From: Candidatus Bathyarchaeota archaeon
Lineage (GTDB): Archaea > Thermoproteota > Bathyarchaeia > 40CM-2-53-6
Length of the DNA stretch: 64,000 bases
Assembly: GCA_963733055.1 (NCBI GenBank)
Contig: CAVTBR010000001.1
Location: 790,925 to 854,924, forward strand
Direction of reading: 5' to 3'
Part shown: positions 38,598 through 48,368 of the stretch, piece after piece
Position numbering within the stretch: position 1 is the stretch's first letter
Layout: each line of letters starts with the position of its first letter
Made by a program: the position numbers and the translations under genes
The notes under the pieces: generated by a model
What the model was told of the DNA's origin: nothing
What the model saw: only the letters and a program-made list of their open reading frames with translations
Database searches by the model: none

Positions 38598-39587
38598 CTA
38601 ATTCTCGAGGCCCGAGAGCTTTCGAATGTCCTTACCCACTTTTTCGATGGAGTGGTTCGATAACTCCGTTAACATCTCGTCTAGCTCCTGGGCGCTTTTT
38701 TCTCGGTCCCCGGTCCATGTCTTGGCGAAAGCTCCCGATCGAATTTCCTTCAGAATCGCTGTCATGTTGTCTCGAACTTTTTTGTCTACGACTTTGGGTC
38801 CTACCGTCAGGCCTCCGAATTTGGCAGTGTCCGATATTCGTCGGAGCATTCCTACGAAGCCGTACTGGTAGACTAGATCCATTATGAGTTTCATTTCATT
38901 GCAGGTTTCGTAATAGGCGAGTTCTGGGGCGTACCCAGCGCCGACCAGGGTTTCGTATCCGTTGATGATAAGTCGCATTAATCCTCCCACGAGGACTGCT
39001 TGCTCACCGAAGAGGTCGGTTTCGGTTTCATCCTTGAATGTTGTTTCGATCACGCCCGCCCTAGACGCACCGATCCCTTTACACATCGCGAGAACAAAAT
39101 CACGGGCCCGTCCTGATGGGTTCTGGTAAACAGCGAAAAGAGCGGGTACACCAAAGCCGGTTACGTAGAGTTCACGTAATCTCTGGCCAGGGCTTTTGGG
39201 AGCGACCATTATTACGTCTACATTCTTGGGGGGGACAATGTCGCCAAAGTGAATGTTGTAGCCATGTGAGAAACTGAGTGTTTTGCCAGCTTTTAGATTC
39301 GGCTCAATTTCTGCTTTGAAAACAGCTGGCTGCTGTGGGTCAGGAATCAAGACCAAGATGGTGTCGGCTTTGGCAGATGCATCCGTGACGGTTACCGGTT
39401 GGAAGCCGTCACTCTCTGCCAACTTCCATGATTTGCCGTCCTTGCGTAGACCCAAAAAGACTTCGGCACCCGAATCCCGCAGGTTTAGTGCCTGGGCTCG
39501 GCCTTGGCTCCCGTAGCCGATAACGCCGATCTTCGCTCCAACTATAGGGGAAACGTCGATTTCTTTATCGTAGTATACTTTCACCAT
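38598..39587 (-). CDS. ilvC: Ketol-acid reductoisomerase
   Basis: IGVIGYGSQGRAQALNLRDSG, ...FSHGYNIHF... Confidence 0.92.
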   Translation of the reverse strand: MVKVYYDKEIDVSPIVGAKIGVIGYGSQGRAQALNLRDSGAEVFLGLRKDGKSWKLAESDGFQPVTVTDASAKADTILVLIPDPQQPAVFKAEIEPNLKAGKTLSFSHGYNIHFGDIVPPKNVDVIMVAPKSPGQRLRELYVTGFGVPALFAVYQNPSGRARDFVLAMCKGIGASRAGVIETTFKDETETDLFGEQAVLVGGLMRLIINGYETLVGAGYAPELAYYETCNEMKLIMDLVYQYGFVGMLRRISDTAKFGGLTVGPKVVDKKVRDNMTAILKEIRSGAFAKTWTGDREKSAQELDEMLTELSNHSIEKVGKDIRKLSGLEN

Positions 39588-39588
39588 T

Positions 39589-40101
39589 TCAAGTCACTCT
39601 CTGAGTTATCATTTCGCGAGCGAGCGCTGCTGCACCTGTCCGGGCCACTTTCTTGAGTCCGAAGTTTCGGGCAAGGTTTACGAAAGCGTTGACCTTGTCG
39701 GAGTCACCTGAAACCTCAACCGTCAAAGTGTCTGAGGAAATATCGACGATATCCCCCCGGAAAGTTTCAATAAAGTTCATGACCTCGGGCCTTGTCACCG
39801 GTGCCCCAGGCGAGAATTTGACGAGCGCCAGTTCACGAACAGTCGCATTTCTCTCCTCGAGGGTTTCGACGTTTCTAACATCGATAAGGCCGTCAATGGT
39901 CTTCATCACCTGGTCGAATCTGGCGTAGTCTGAGAACATCGTGAAGGTCATTCTTGCCACTCCAGGTATCTCGGCTGGGCCCACGGCTATGCTTTCAATG
40001 TTGAATGACTTTCTGCGAATCAGGTTGGAGATACGGTAGAGAACGCCTGGCCTGTTCTCAACTAAGGCTGATATGATTCGTAGTTGCGAATCGTTATTCA
40101 T
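39589..40101 (-). CDS. ilvN: Acetolactate synthase small (regulatory) subunit
   Basis: ACT domain reading ISALVENRPGVLYRISNLIRRKSFNIESI, with an ALS_ss_C-like C-terminus. Confidence 0.85.
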   Translation of the reverse strand: MNNDSQLRIISALVENRPGVLYRISNLIRRKSFNIESIAVGPAEIPGVARMTFTMFSDYARFDQVMKTIDGLIDVRNVETLEERNATVRELALVKFSPGAPVTRPEVMNFIETFRGDIVDISSDTLTVEVSGDSDKVNAFVNLARNFGLKKVARTGAAALAREMITQRVT

Positions 40102-41846
40102 CCTACAATCATCTCTTTGATTCCAGCTCCGGGCGGCAGCATTGGCAGAACGTTCTCCTCCGGTGAGATTGGGACATCGATAACAGTCGTAACTGGAGAC
40201 CGCATTGCCGTATCGATGGCAGTTTCAAGATCCAGCAGGGTTTCTACTCGAATCCCTTCAGCCCCGTATGATTGAGCTAGTTTCACGAAGTCCGGTGACT
40301 TGCCGAGGTTGGTAGCTGAATATCGTCGATTGTAAAAGAACCGTTGCCACTGAGCCACCATACCAAGCATACGATTATTCAGAATAATCACCGTGACAGG
40401 AATTTGCTCCTCGATACTCGTAGCGAGCGAGTTTTCCGTCATCTGGAAACTTCCGTCACCGGCAATGTCGAAGACAGGAAGATCCGGCCTAGCAACCTTG
40501 GCGCCTAGCGCTGCGGGAAACCCAAAACCCATTGTGCCCAGTCCACCTGAGCTGAAGAACGTTCTCGGTTCGATCACTTGAAAATACTGCTCGCACCACA
40601 TCTGATGTTGGCCGACCTCGGTCGTTACAATAGCTTCCTTTGGGAGAAATCTGCGTAACATCCTAATTGTTTCGGCTCCGCTTAGGCACGAGCCGTTTCC
40701 ATCAAGCTCGGTCTTCGCCATCACCACCACTTCTTGAGCGCGTTTGACCCAAGCATCGCGCTCCCCGCGCAGTGCCCCCGCTTCGATTTCGCGGATCAGA
40801 GCCTGCAAAGCCTTCTTCGCGTCAGCGACCAAGCTGATTACTGTAAGCTTGTGATTCTTTCCGACCTCGGACTTGTCTGCGTCAATGTGAATGACCTTGG
40901 TGTTCGGTGCGAATTTCTCGATCTTACCGGTTGTCCTGTCGGAGAGCCGCGAGCCTATCACTAACAACACATCGCATTCGGGGATGAGTTTGTTCGTGCG
41001 CTCGGACCCATGCATACCCATGCAGCCGAGTGAGAGAGGATGGTTCTCTGGAAACGCCCCCTTTCCCATGAAAGAGGTTACAACTGGTGCCGCTAGGAAT
41101 TCAGCTAAGGCTTGGAGTTCGCGGTAAGCATTAGCCATCTTTACTCCACCTCCCGCGAGGATGACGGGACGTTGTGCGTTGAGAATCGCACGTGCGATGG
41201 TTTTCACGGCCACGGGGTCCGGGTCGAGCAGTGGTTGGTAGTTTGGAAAATCGACCCGCTCCGGGAATTCGACTTCGTCTTCACCCTGCTGAACGTCTTT
41301 TGGAATGTCCACTAAAACCGGTTGAGGCCTTCGAGTTGTCGCCAAATAGAAGGCCGCCTTAATTGAGTAGGGCACGTCGCGGACGCGGAGTGGTTGAAAG
41401 GTGTATTTTGTTACGGATGTAGCCATCCCAACGATATCGGTCTCTTGGAAAGCGTCCGTTCCAATCATGTAGGACGGAACTTGACCTGTGACTGCCACAA
41501 CGGGAGATGAATCCATGTACGCAGTAGCCAAACCAGTCAGGAGGTTGGTAGCACCAGGGCCCGAGGTTGCCATACAAACCCCGACCTTCCCAGAAGCACG
41601 CGCATAACCGTCGGCCATATGGGCCGCGGACTGTTCATGCCTTGCAAGAATGTGTCTCAGACTCTTTTCATTCAGCGGAGTGTATCTAAACGAATCACAA
41701 TCGTACAGGGCATCGTAGATTGGCATGTTCGCTCCGCCGGGATGCCCAAAAACGACTTCCACTCCCTCCCGTAGTAGCGCTTCCACAGCCGCATGGGCTC
41801 CGGACATTCTTGTCAAGTTTAGAGTCAACTCTTGTTTTTTATGCAC
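40098..41846 (-). CDS. ilvB: Acetolactate synthase large subunit
   Basis: ThDP enzyme with GAHAAVEALLREGVEVVFGHPGG and the GDGSFQMT ThDP motif. The true start is probably an internal Met. Confidence 0.9.
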   Translation of the reverse strand: MHKKQELTLNLTRMSGAHAAVEALLREGVEVVFGHPGGANMPIYDALYDCDSFRYTPLNEKSLRHILARHEQSAAHMADGYARASGKVGVCMATSGPGATNLLTGLATAYMDSSPVVAVTGQVPSYMIGTDAFQETDIVGMATSVTKYTFQPLRVRDVPYSIKAAFYLATTRRPQPVLVDIPKDVQQGEDEVEFPERVDFPNYQPLLDPDPVAVKTIARAILNAQRPVILAGGGVKMANAYRELQALAEFLAAPVVTSFMGKGAFPENHPLSLGCMGMHGSERTNKLIPECDVLLVIGSRLSDRTTGKIEKFAPNTKVIHIDADKSEVGKNHKLTVISLVADAKKALQALIREIEAGALRGERDAWVKRAQEVVVMAKTELDGNGSCLSGAETIRMLRRFLPKEAIVTTEVGQHQMWCEQYFQVIEPRTFFSSGGLGTMGFGFPAALGAKVARPDLPVFDIAGDGSFQMTENSLATSIEEQIPVTVIILNNRMLGMVAQWQRFFYNRRYSATNLGKSPDFVKLAQSYGAEGIRVETLLDLETAIDTAMRSPVTTVIDVPISPEENVLPMLPPGAGIKEMIVG

Positions 41847-42100
41847 CCCGCCCCTCCGAACAACTAAGCTGGAGGACGGGCTATTGAAGGACGATAATGT
41901 CTACAAGCGAAGTCAGTAAGTTCAGAATGCTAAACTGAGGCGAATGGTTTGTCAACGCACTCGTAGACCTTGAATTCAGCCACCATCCGAGGAGCCTCTA
42001 ATAAGATTATCGAGGGTTCTCGTCAGTCTCACGTCGCTACTAGAACCTGAGTAACCATTTCGTCCCATCTAGTTCCTTAGCTGTAGTAGGCATGAACTTG

Positions 42101-43771
42101 TCAGTTGACCAAACGACGATTTGCTTGCACTTGTTTCAATGGTGTTTTCTTGGCCGATCCCGTTCTTAGCGCATAGTTGTAACCATCGACTAGCGCTTCT
42201 ACACTTGCTTCGATAATGTTTGTCGATGACGCGACCGTCGTCCATGTTCTGCGCTTGTCGAAGAAGTCTATGTACACAGCAACTCGGGCCGCTGTTCCCG
42301 CTTCCGAGTCGACCTCCCGGACCCTGTAACCAATAAGCATCGCTGAAAACTTCGAACCGAACTTTTCTCTCAACACAACGCGAAGACCTTGGTCCAGAGC
42401 GTTGACTGGCCCATTGCCTACGGCAGTAGTCTCCAGCACCTTACCCTTGACCTCAACCGCCAGTTTACAGTGTGATAATGACTCCTTACTTTGGTTCTGC
42501 ACAGCAGCGTTCCAATAAAGAACCCTGAAAGGGTCAGATCGCCGAGTCAAAGCGCGCAAGAAGAGAAGCTCTACAGAAGCTTCCGCGAACTCGAGGTTGC
42601 AGCCCAAGGCTTCGAGATGTTTGACGTCCCGAAGGAGGTCTGAGAGTCTTTTGTCAGTCTTGGAGAGGCGGAATCCAAATCTTTGTGCGGCAGAGAGCAG
42701 GCTAGAGCGGCCGGCTTGTGAGGAGACTGTAATGGCTCGTGTATTGCCGAAGGCTTTCGGATCGAAGAATTCGTACGCCGCTTCTGTCTTCAGCACCGCG
42801 TCCCCATGGACGCCCCCCTTGTGCGAGAAAGCATGTCTTCCGACAAAAGGCTTGTACCTGTCCTCCCGAACGCCGCTCATCTCGTACGTGAAACTCGACA
42901 ACGAGGCTAATTTTGAGGTGTCCAGCCCCGTCTTAACGCCCAGCAGGTGAAGGTTCGCAACAACCTCGATTAAGTTGGCATTACCAACCCTCTCGCCCAA
43001 GCCATTCACAGTTCCCTGTATGTGCGAGGCTCCGGCCATCAGAGCGAAAAGTGAGTTAGCTGTGGCAATGCCGCGGTCGTTATGCGCATGGATCCCAACT
43101 GGAACTCCAACTTGACCCACCACGAGTCTAGTTGACTCGTAGATTTCTGATGGGTAGGTCCCCCCTCGCGTATCGCACAGAACAAGCGTGGAGGCTCCCG
43201 CGTCTTGTGCTGCCTCCAAAGTCGAGAGGGCGTACTCAGGGTCTGCCCTGAAACCATCAAAGAAATGTTCAGCGTCATAGATCACGTTCCGTTCGTGCGA
43301 AAGTAGAAACTCCACGGAATCACGAATCATTCTTCTATTCTCTTCCAAGGTTGTCCTTAGAACTTTCTCAACTTGAAAGGTCCAAGACTTGCCGAAGATT
43401 GTGACCGTTTCGGTTCCGGCTCTTAGAAGATGCTCGAGGTTACGATCTTCGGACGGATGCGTATCTGCGCGGCGCGTCATTCCGAAAGCGGTGACGTGAG
43501 AGAAATCTTTTTTGTTCAACGATTGCGCGAGTTTGAAAAATTCGCTATCAGTCGGATTCGTTTCGTTGGGCCAACCAGCTTCAACGTAATCAACTGCGGC
43601 AGCAATGAAAGCTCGTGTAACTCTAAGTTTCTGGGTTGAGGTAAAGTTTACACCTACTGATTGATTCCCATCACGGAGTGTTGTATCGTAAACTTCTACG
43701 GATTCAGGGAAATGTCGGGGGAAACTACACTGTTCGGCGACGGCTGTTTTGGATATCGATAAAACGATCAC
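42101..43771 (-). CDS. cimA: Citramalate synthase / LeuA-related family
   Basis: VYDTTLRDGNQSVGVNF, HAHNDRGIATANSLFA, a long C-terminal LeuA_dimer domain, and length about 530-560 aa, typical of the CimA-type clade. Confidence 0.7.
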   Translation of the reverse strand: MIVLSISKTAVAEQCSFPRHFPESVEVYDTTLRDGNQSVGVNFTSTQKLRVTRAFIAAAVDYVEAGWPNETNPTDSEFFKLAQSLNKKDFSHVTAFGMTRRADTHPSEDRNLEHLLRAGTETVTIFGKSWTFQVEKVLRTTLEENRRMIRDSVEFLLSHERNVIYDAEHFFDGFRADPEYALSTLEAAQDAGASTLVLCDTRGGTYPSEIYESTRLVVGQVGVPVGIHAHNDRGIATANSLFALMAGASHIQGTVNGLGERVGNANLIEVVANLHLLGVKTGLDTSKLASLSSFTYEMSGVREDRYKPFVGRHAFSHKGGVHGDAVLKTEAAYEFFDPKAFGNTRAITVSSQAGRSSLLSAAQRFGFRLSKTDKRLSDLLRDVKHLEALGCNLEFAEASVELLFLRALTRRSDPFRVLYWNAAVQNQSKESLSHCKLAVEVKGKVLETTAVGNGPVNALDQGLRVVLREKFGSKFSAMLIGYRVREVDSEAGTAARVAVYIDFFDKRRTWTTVASSTNIIEASVEALVDGYNYALRTGSAKKTPLKQVQANRRLVN

Positions 43772-43953
43772 TCATTAGAACTAGCCTTTTTCGTCGATAG
43801 CTATGGCGGTAATAAAAACGTTCGCCATACGCTCTGGGACGAATTGAACCATCCCTTAGAGTGGAATAATCGTGGATTCCTTTTCGGACTCGAACACAAA
43901 CGAGGTCAAGGTCTTCTCGATGCCTCCAATGAGTCTTAGCTTACGCCACCGCC

Positions 43954-44337
43954 CTAGCCACGCAGATAATTGTCTTTACCTGTAAGCCAATCTTCTCGAG
44001 GAGGGCTGAAACAGTCGAGGTCTAGGGAATCCTCAATCGCAACTGCAGCGTGCTCAATGTTCGATGGGATTACTAAAACCTCGCCTTCTTTCACAATGGT
44101 ATCTCTTCCGTTTATTGTGAATTTCAGCGCTCCCTTCAGAATAATTGTGATTTGTTCACTCACATGCTTGTGGGGCGGGACAATACACCCCTTCAATAGG
44201 ACGATATAGCCGAGCATCTCATTATTTCCCGAGATAATCCTCCTCGAAAGCTTTGGATTTAGCCATTCTTCCTTTAGATCCGAAAGTTTACAGAATTTGA
44301 CTTCGTCTTTCACAAATGGTTTTGCATCAGACCCCAA
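43954..44337 (-). CDS. Cupin domain protein
   Basis: PPHKHVSEQITIILKG...GEVLVIPSNIEHAAV. Confidence 0.7.
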   Translation of the reverse strand: MGSDAKPFVKDEVKFCKLSDLKEEWLNPKLSRRIISGNNEMLGYIVLLKGCIVPPHKHVSEQITIILKGALKFTINGRDTIVKEGEVLVIPSNIEHAAVAIEDSLDLDCFSPPREDWLTGKDNYLRG

Positions 44338-44579
44338 GAAACTAACCTAACTTGAAATGACTGCTCCCACGATATGTTAGTTTTTCTTTTTCTGGGCTAT
44401 TCAAGAATAATTCTCTGGCATCACGGACCTTCCAAACCAATGACCGTGATTGCTGATCTTAGAATTAATCAAAGGACGATCTTGGGGTTCGGAAAAGACT
44501 ACGAGTGCCATAGATGATTTTATTTGCTCTTGTCTCAACCCTTCTCCAAACATTACCATTATTCTGCTGGTGTGGAAGA

Positions 44580-45545
44580 GTGAAGACGATTCTGGTGCAT
44601 GAGTTTGGGCCTCCTGAAGTTATGCAACTTGAGGAGGTCGAAGATCTTCGTCCGAGGGCAAACCAGGTCGTTGTCCGTGTGAAAGCCGCGGGGGTCAATC
44701 CTATGGATACTTACGTTCGGTCGGGAGGTTATGCAACCATGCCTTCGCTTCCTTATACACCCGGCATCGAGGCTGCGGGGATTGTCGAAAAGGTCGGCGA
44801 GGACGTCAAGAACGTTTCGGTGGGGACGCGAGTTTACACCTCCGGGATTTTCAGTCTTTCATCCTATGCAGAGCAAATAGTTTGTGAAGTAGGTGATGTG
44901 CACCTTTTGCCGGGCCATTTATCATTCTCAGATGGAGCCGCCGTTGGTGTCGCTTATGCAACAGCTTATAGAGCGTTGTTTCAACGTGGCCATGCCGCCC
45001 CAGGGGAAACGGTGCTGATCCACGGTGCTTCAGGCGGCGTTGGCATAGCCGCCATACAGCTCTCAAGAGCATCGGGGATGCAGGTGATCGCATCAGCCGG
45101 TACTGAAAAAGGCCGAAAGCTCATCCTCGATCAAGGTGCGCCTCACGTTCTCGATCACACAGTATCGGGGCATCTGGATCAGGTTTTGGAATTAACGGCC
45201 GGTCAAGGTGCCGACATCATACTCAAGATGCTGGCAAACGTAAACCTTGGATTTGACCTAAGAGCTCTGGCAAAGGGTGGACGCGCCCTGATTGTGGGGA
45301 GTCGAGGAAAGGTCGACATTGATCCTAGAGATACTATGACTCGAGAAGCCACGATTCTTGGAGTCTATCTCTTCAACATGGCAAATCGCGAAAAGGCCAT
45401 TGCCTATTCCGCTCTCGGCGCAGGGCTGGAGAACAGAAGCTTGCATCCGGTTGTGGGAAAGGAATTTCCTCTAACAGAAGCACCGCGGTCTCACCGTGAA
45501 GTCATGCAACCGGGTGCCTATGGCAAGATCGTGTTGATTCCGTAA
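44580..45545 (+). CDS. Zinc-type alcohol dehydrogenase / NADPH:quinone oxidoreductase family
   Basis: VKTILVHEFGPPEVMQLEEV... and GASGGVGIAAIQL. Start set to GTG 44580. Confidence 0.8.
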   Translation: MKTILVHEFGPPEVMQLEEVEDLRPRANQVVVRVKAAGVNPMDTYVRSGGYATMPSLPYTPGIEAAGIVEKVGEDVKNVSVGTRVYTSGIFSLSSYAEQIVCEVGDVHLLPGHLSFSDGAAVGVAYATAYRALFQRGHAAPGETVLIHGASGGVGIAAIQLSRASGMQVIASAGTEKGRKLILDQGAPHVLDHTVSGHLDQVLELTAGQGADIILKMLANVNLGFDLRALAKGGRALIVGSRGKVDIDPRDTMTREATILGVYLFNMANREKAIAYSALGAGLENRSLHPVVGKEFPLTEAPRSHREVMQPGAYGKIVLIP

Positions 45546-45658
45546 CCTATTTGTCAACGTTTCAACGCAGCTCCAATAGTTGACTCGCTTTAGCCCTGTT
45601 ATTTGCATCCAGTAGGCGTGTTCAGTTATCGCGGATTGTGGGGGAGGGAAAATTAGCC

Positions 45659-45665
45659 TTTAAAT
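45659..45665 (+). promoter_or_regulatory. TATA-box-like element (TTTAAAT) upstream of moaA
   Basis: Lies 42 nt upstream of GTG 45707. The same element is present in the duplicated copy at 28132-28138. Confidence 0.4.
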
Positions 45666-45706
45666 GATGCATTTCTCAGCATGCTACATAGGCGGCTTTA
45701 GGTCTG

Positions 45707-46697
45707 GTGTCGGTTCTAACCGATTCTTTTGGGCGCATTGCGCGTAAGCTTCGGATTTCGGTTACGGACCGCTGTAACTTCCGTTGCCAGTTTTGCATGC
45801 CTATACACCCAGTCTGGTTACCGCACAGCGAGATTCTCAGCTATGAGGAGATTCGGCGTGTCGCATCCCTCTGCGTAGATATGGGCGTAGAGAACATACG
45901 ACTCAGTGGCGGCGAACCCCTAATGCGCCGCGACATCGAGGACCTTGTCGCTCTCTTGGCTGACATCCCTAACCTTCGCCAGCTCAGCATGACAACCAAC
46001 GGATTCCTCCTATCTGAGAAAGCCGTAGGCCCTAAGACAAGCCGGGTTGAAGGGAATCACAGTAAGCCTTCACAGCCTCAAGCCCGAAAGATTTAGCCAG
46101 ATAACGGGAGGCGGAGTCCTCGAAACCGTCGTCGCCGGAATAAAAGCCGCGAAATCAAACGGCTTCAAGCCTCTCAAAATAAACGCCGTGATCATCCGGG
46201 GATGCAACGAAGACGAGGTAGCGGATCTAGCATCGCTCGCCAGGGCGGGCGACGTAACAGTTAGGTTCATTGAGTACATGCCTTTCGACGGCCAGCACCA
46301 TTGGGGCATGGATAAAGTAGTCAGCGGAAACGAGATAATCTTGAGAATTCGAGAACAATACGAATTGGATCCAATCCCGCGACAAGCCGGCAGCACAGCA
46401 AAGCTCTACAAATTCCAAGACGGAAAAGGGGAGATCGGAGTAATCACTTCCATAACCCAACCATTCTGCTCAGATTGCGACAGAATACGCATCTCCGCGG
46501 ACGGCAAAATAGTCCCTTGCCTCTTTGACAAAACCGGATTCGATCTTAGGCCCCTGCTCAGAGGCGGAGCCACCGATGAAGCCGTCATTAATTTCATGCG
46601 CGACGCGATCCTCCGTAAGGCGCCTGGTGTTGAAACATTGCTCAAGAAATATGAACGGCTTGAACACATTCGCCCAATGCATACCATTGGCGGTTAG
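45707..46697 (+). pseudogene. moaA: GTP 3',8-cyclase MoaA with an apparent 1-nt insertion in a C-run (46030-46032)
   Basis: The N-terminal ORF has the radical-SAM CNFRCQFC motif and ends ...LLSEKAVGPKTSRV.... The +1 frame continues LRQAGLKGITVSLHSLKPERF...CSDCDRIRISADGKIVPCLF. Confidence 0.88.
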
Positions 46698-46814
46698 AAA
46701 GCACAGACTATTTTAATAGTGGATTATTCGTCGAACAATCTTAATAGAACGCGAGAGGTTCTTCCCCAGAAAACCAAAGACAACGTCCTTCACGAGTAAT
46801 CCAACAATCTTGTT

Positions 46815-47162
46815 ATGGTATGTTCAATGAGTCAGCCGAACCTTGTTCGAATTGGCAAGAAACCCATTATGAACTACGTGACAGCCTGCGTGACACTCTT
46901 CAATTCGGGCAACGGACAGGTCATGGTCAGGGCAAGAGGCCAAGCAATAGAGAAAGCCATCGACACCGTACAAATGCTAAAGCACAGCTTCCTCAAAGAC
47001 GTACGCGTCAAAAGCATAAACCTTGGGTCAGAAGATGTGACCCGCTACGACGGCACTCGAGGCAATATTTCAACGATCGAAATCACACTCTCACAAGGAG
47101 ATGACGAAGAGGAATTTGAGGAAGACGAGAACGTCGAGGTTGAACAAACCACACCCCCTTAG
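46815..47162 (+). CDS. albA: Alba family DNA/RNA-binding protein with an acidic C-terminal tail
   Basis: NLVRIGKKPIMNYVTACVTLFNSGNGQVMVRARGQAIEKAIDTVQMLK. An alternative ATG lies at 46827. Confidence 0.85.
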   Translation: MVCSMSQPNLVRIGKKPIMNYVTACVTLFNSGNGQVMVRARGQAIEKAIDTVQMLKHSFLKDVRVKSINLGSEDVTRYDGTRGNISTIEITLSQGDDEEEFEEDENVEVEQTTPP

Positions 47163-47227
47163 CTTTTCGGCAAAATACTAGCCTTCTCACACTCACTATT
47201 GTAGTCACGGAGCGTTATTCCGACTAA

Positions 47228-48238
47228 TCAGAATTTCTCGTCCAGTTGTGCGATATAGCTCTGTTTGACGTTCTCTTCTAAGAAAGAAGCCTTGAATGAG
47301 TTCTTCAAGAGTATGAGAATATCCTGCTCGGTGAGCCTAAGTGCATCAGCAACCGCCTTGTAATTTTCAGCCACATATCCTCCGAAATAAGCTGGGTCGT
47401 CGGAATTTATCATCACAAGCAAGCCTAGGTTGAGCATTTTCTTGACTGGGAACTTGTCCATGGAATCAAAGTAGCGGACTCCGACGCTGGCTAATGGGCA
47501 GGCGGTGAGGGGGATTTGTTGCTTCACGAGCTTTTCGACTAGCTTCGGGTCCTCGAGGGAGTGGTATCCATGATCGACGCGGGACACTCCCAATAGCTCC
47601 AGAGCCTCCCAAACATATGCGGGTGGTGCTTCTTCTCCTGCATGTGCGACGGCCACGAAGCCTGCGTCCCGGGCTTTCTTGAACACTTCTTGAAACTTAC
47701 TGGGAGGATTACCAAGCTCTTTCGAGTCCAAACCCACAGCGAAAATCTTGTCCTTGTACGAGAAAGCGTTCTCGAGCGTTTGCATCGCGGAAGCTGCAGA
47801 GAGGTCTCTTAGGAAGCACATTATCAGCTTGGACGTCATTCCCATAGTCTTCTGGCCGTCACTGAGAGCGTGACTTATTCCATTGACCGCAGTCTCGAAT
47901 GGTACTTTCCGGTCGGTGTGTGCTTGGGGGTCGAAGAAGATTTCAGCGTGACGCACTCCTTGGGATGAGGCACGCTTGAGGTAAGCCATGGTTAGCTCGT
48001 AAAAGTCTCGCTCGTGAAGAAGGACGCTCATCGCGTTGTAGTAAATGTCCAAGAATGATTGGAGGTCCGTGAACCTGTAAGCCTTTCGAACCTCATCCAC
48101 GGTCTTGTAGGGAAGTTTAACCTTGTTTCGCTGAGCGATCTCAAACATGAGTTCGGGTTCGAAAGTGCCCTCGATGTGAAGATGTAACTCAGCCTTTGGA
48201 AACTCGTAGATCATCCGGTCAATTCTGCTACTTAACAA
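47228..48238 (-). CDS. add: Adenosine/adenine deaminase family (Add-type)
   Basis: KAELHLHIEGTFEPELMFEIAQRN, ...HAGEE..., SDDPAYFG. Confidence 0.85.
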   Translation of the reverse strand: MLSSRIDRMIYEFPKAELHLHIEGTFEPELMFEIAQRNKVKLPYKTVDEVRKAYRFTDLQSFLDIYYNAMSVLLHERDFYELTMAYLKRASSQGVRHAEIFFDPQAHTDRKVPFETAVNGISHALSDGQKTMGMTSKLIMCFLRDLSAASAMQTLENAFSYKDKIFAVGLDSKELGNPPSKFQEVFKKARDAGFVAVAHAGEEAPPAYVWEALELLGVSRVDHGYHSLEDPKLVEKLVKQQIPLTACPLASVGVRYFDSMDKFPVKKMLNLGLLVMINSDDPAYFGGYVAENYKAVADALRLTEQDILILLKNSFKASFLEENVKQSYIAQLDEKF

Positions 48239-48368
48239 GGCTGCCTCCGGGTTTTGTTTGGAGTGCGTTCATAAATCTTTGTCAGGATGGGTTCCGCCGT
48301 TCTCCGTAAGTGTCGACAAAGTCTTTTATGCGAACGGCCGTCAAGCATGGCGTTCTAGGGAAGACTGA

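Noticed and set aside
41847-42100. Possible leader-peptide or attenuator upstream of ilvB.
   Set aside because: I found no short ORF enriched in Ile/Val/Leu codons and no alternative hairpin set on the minus strand.
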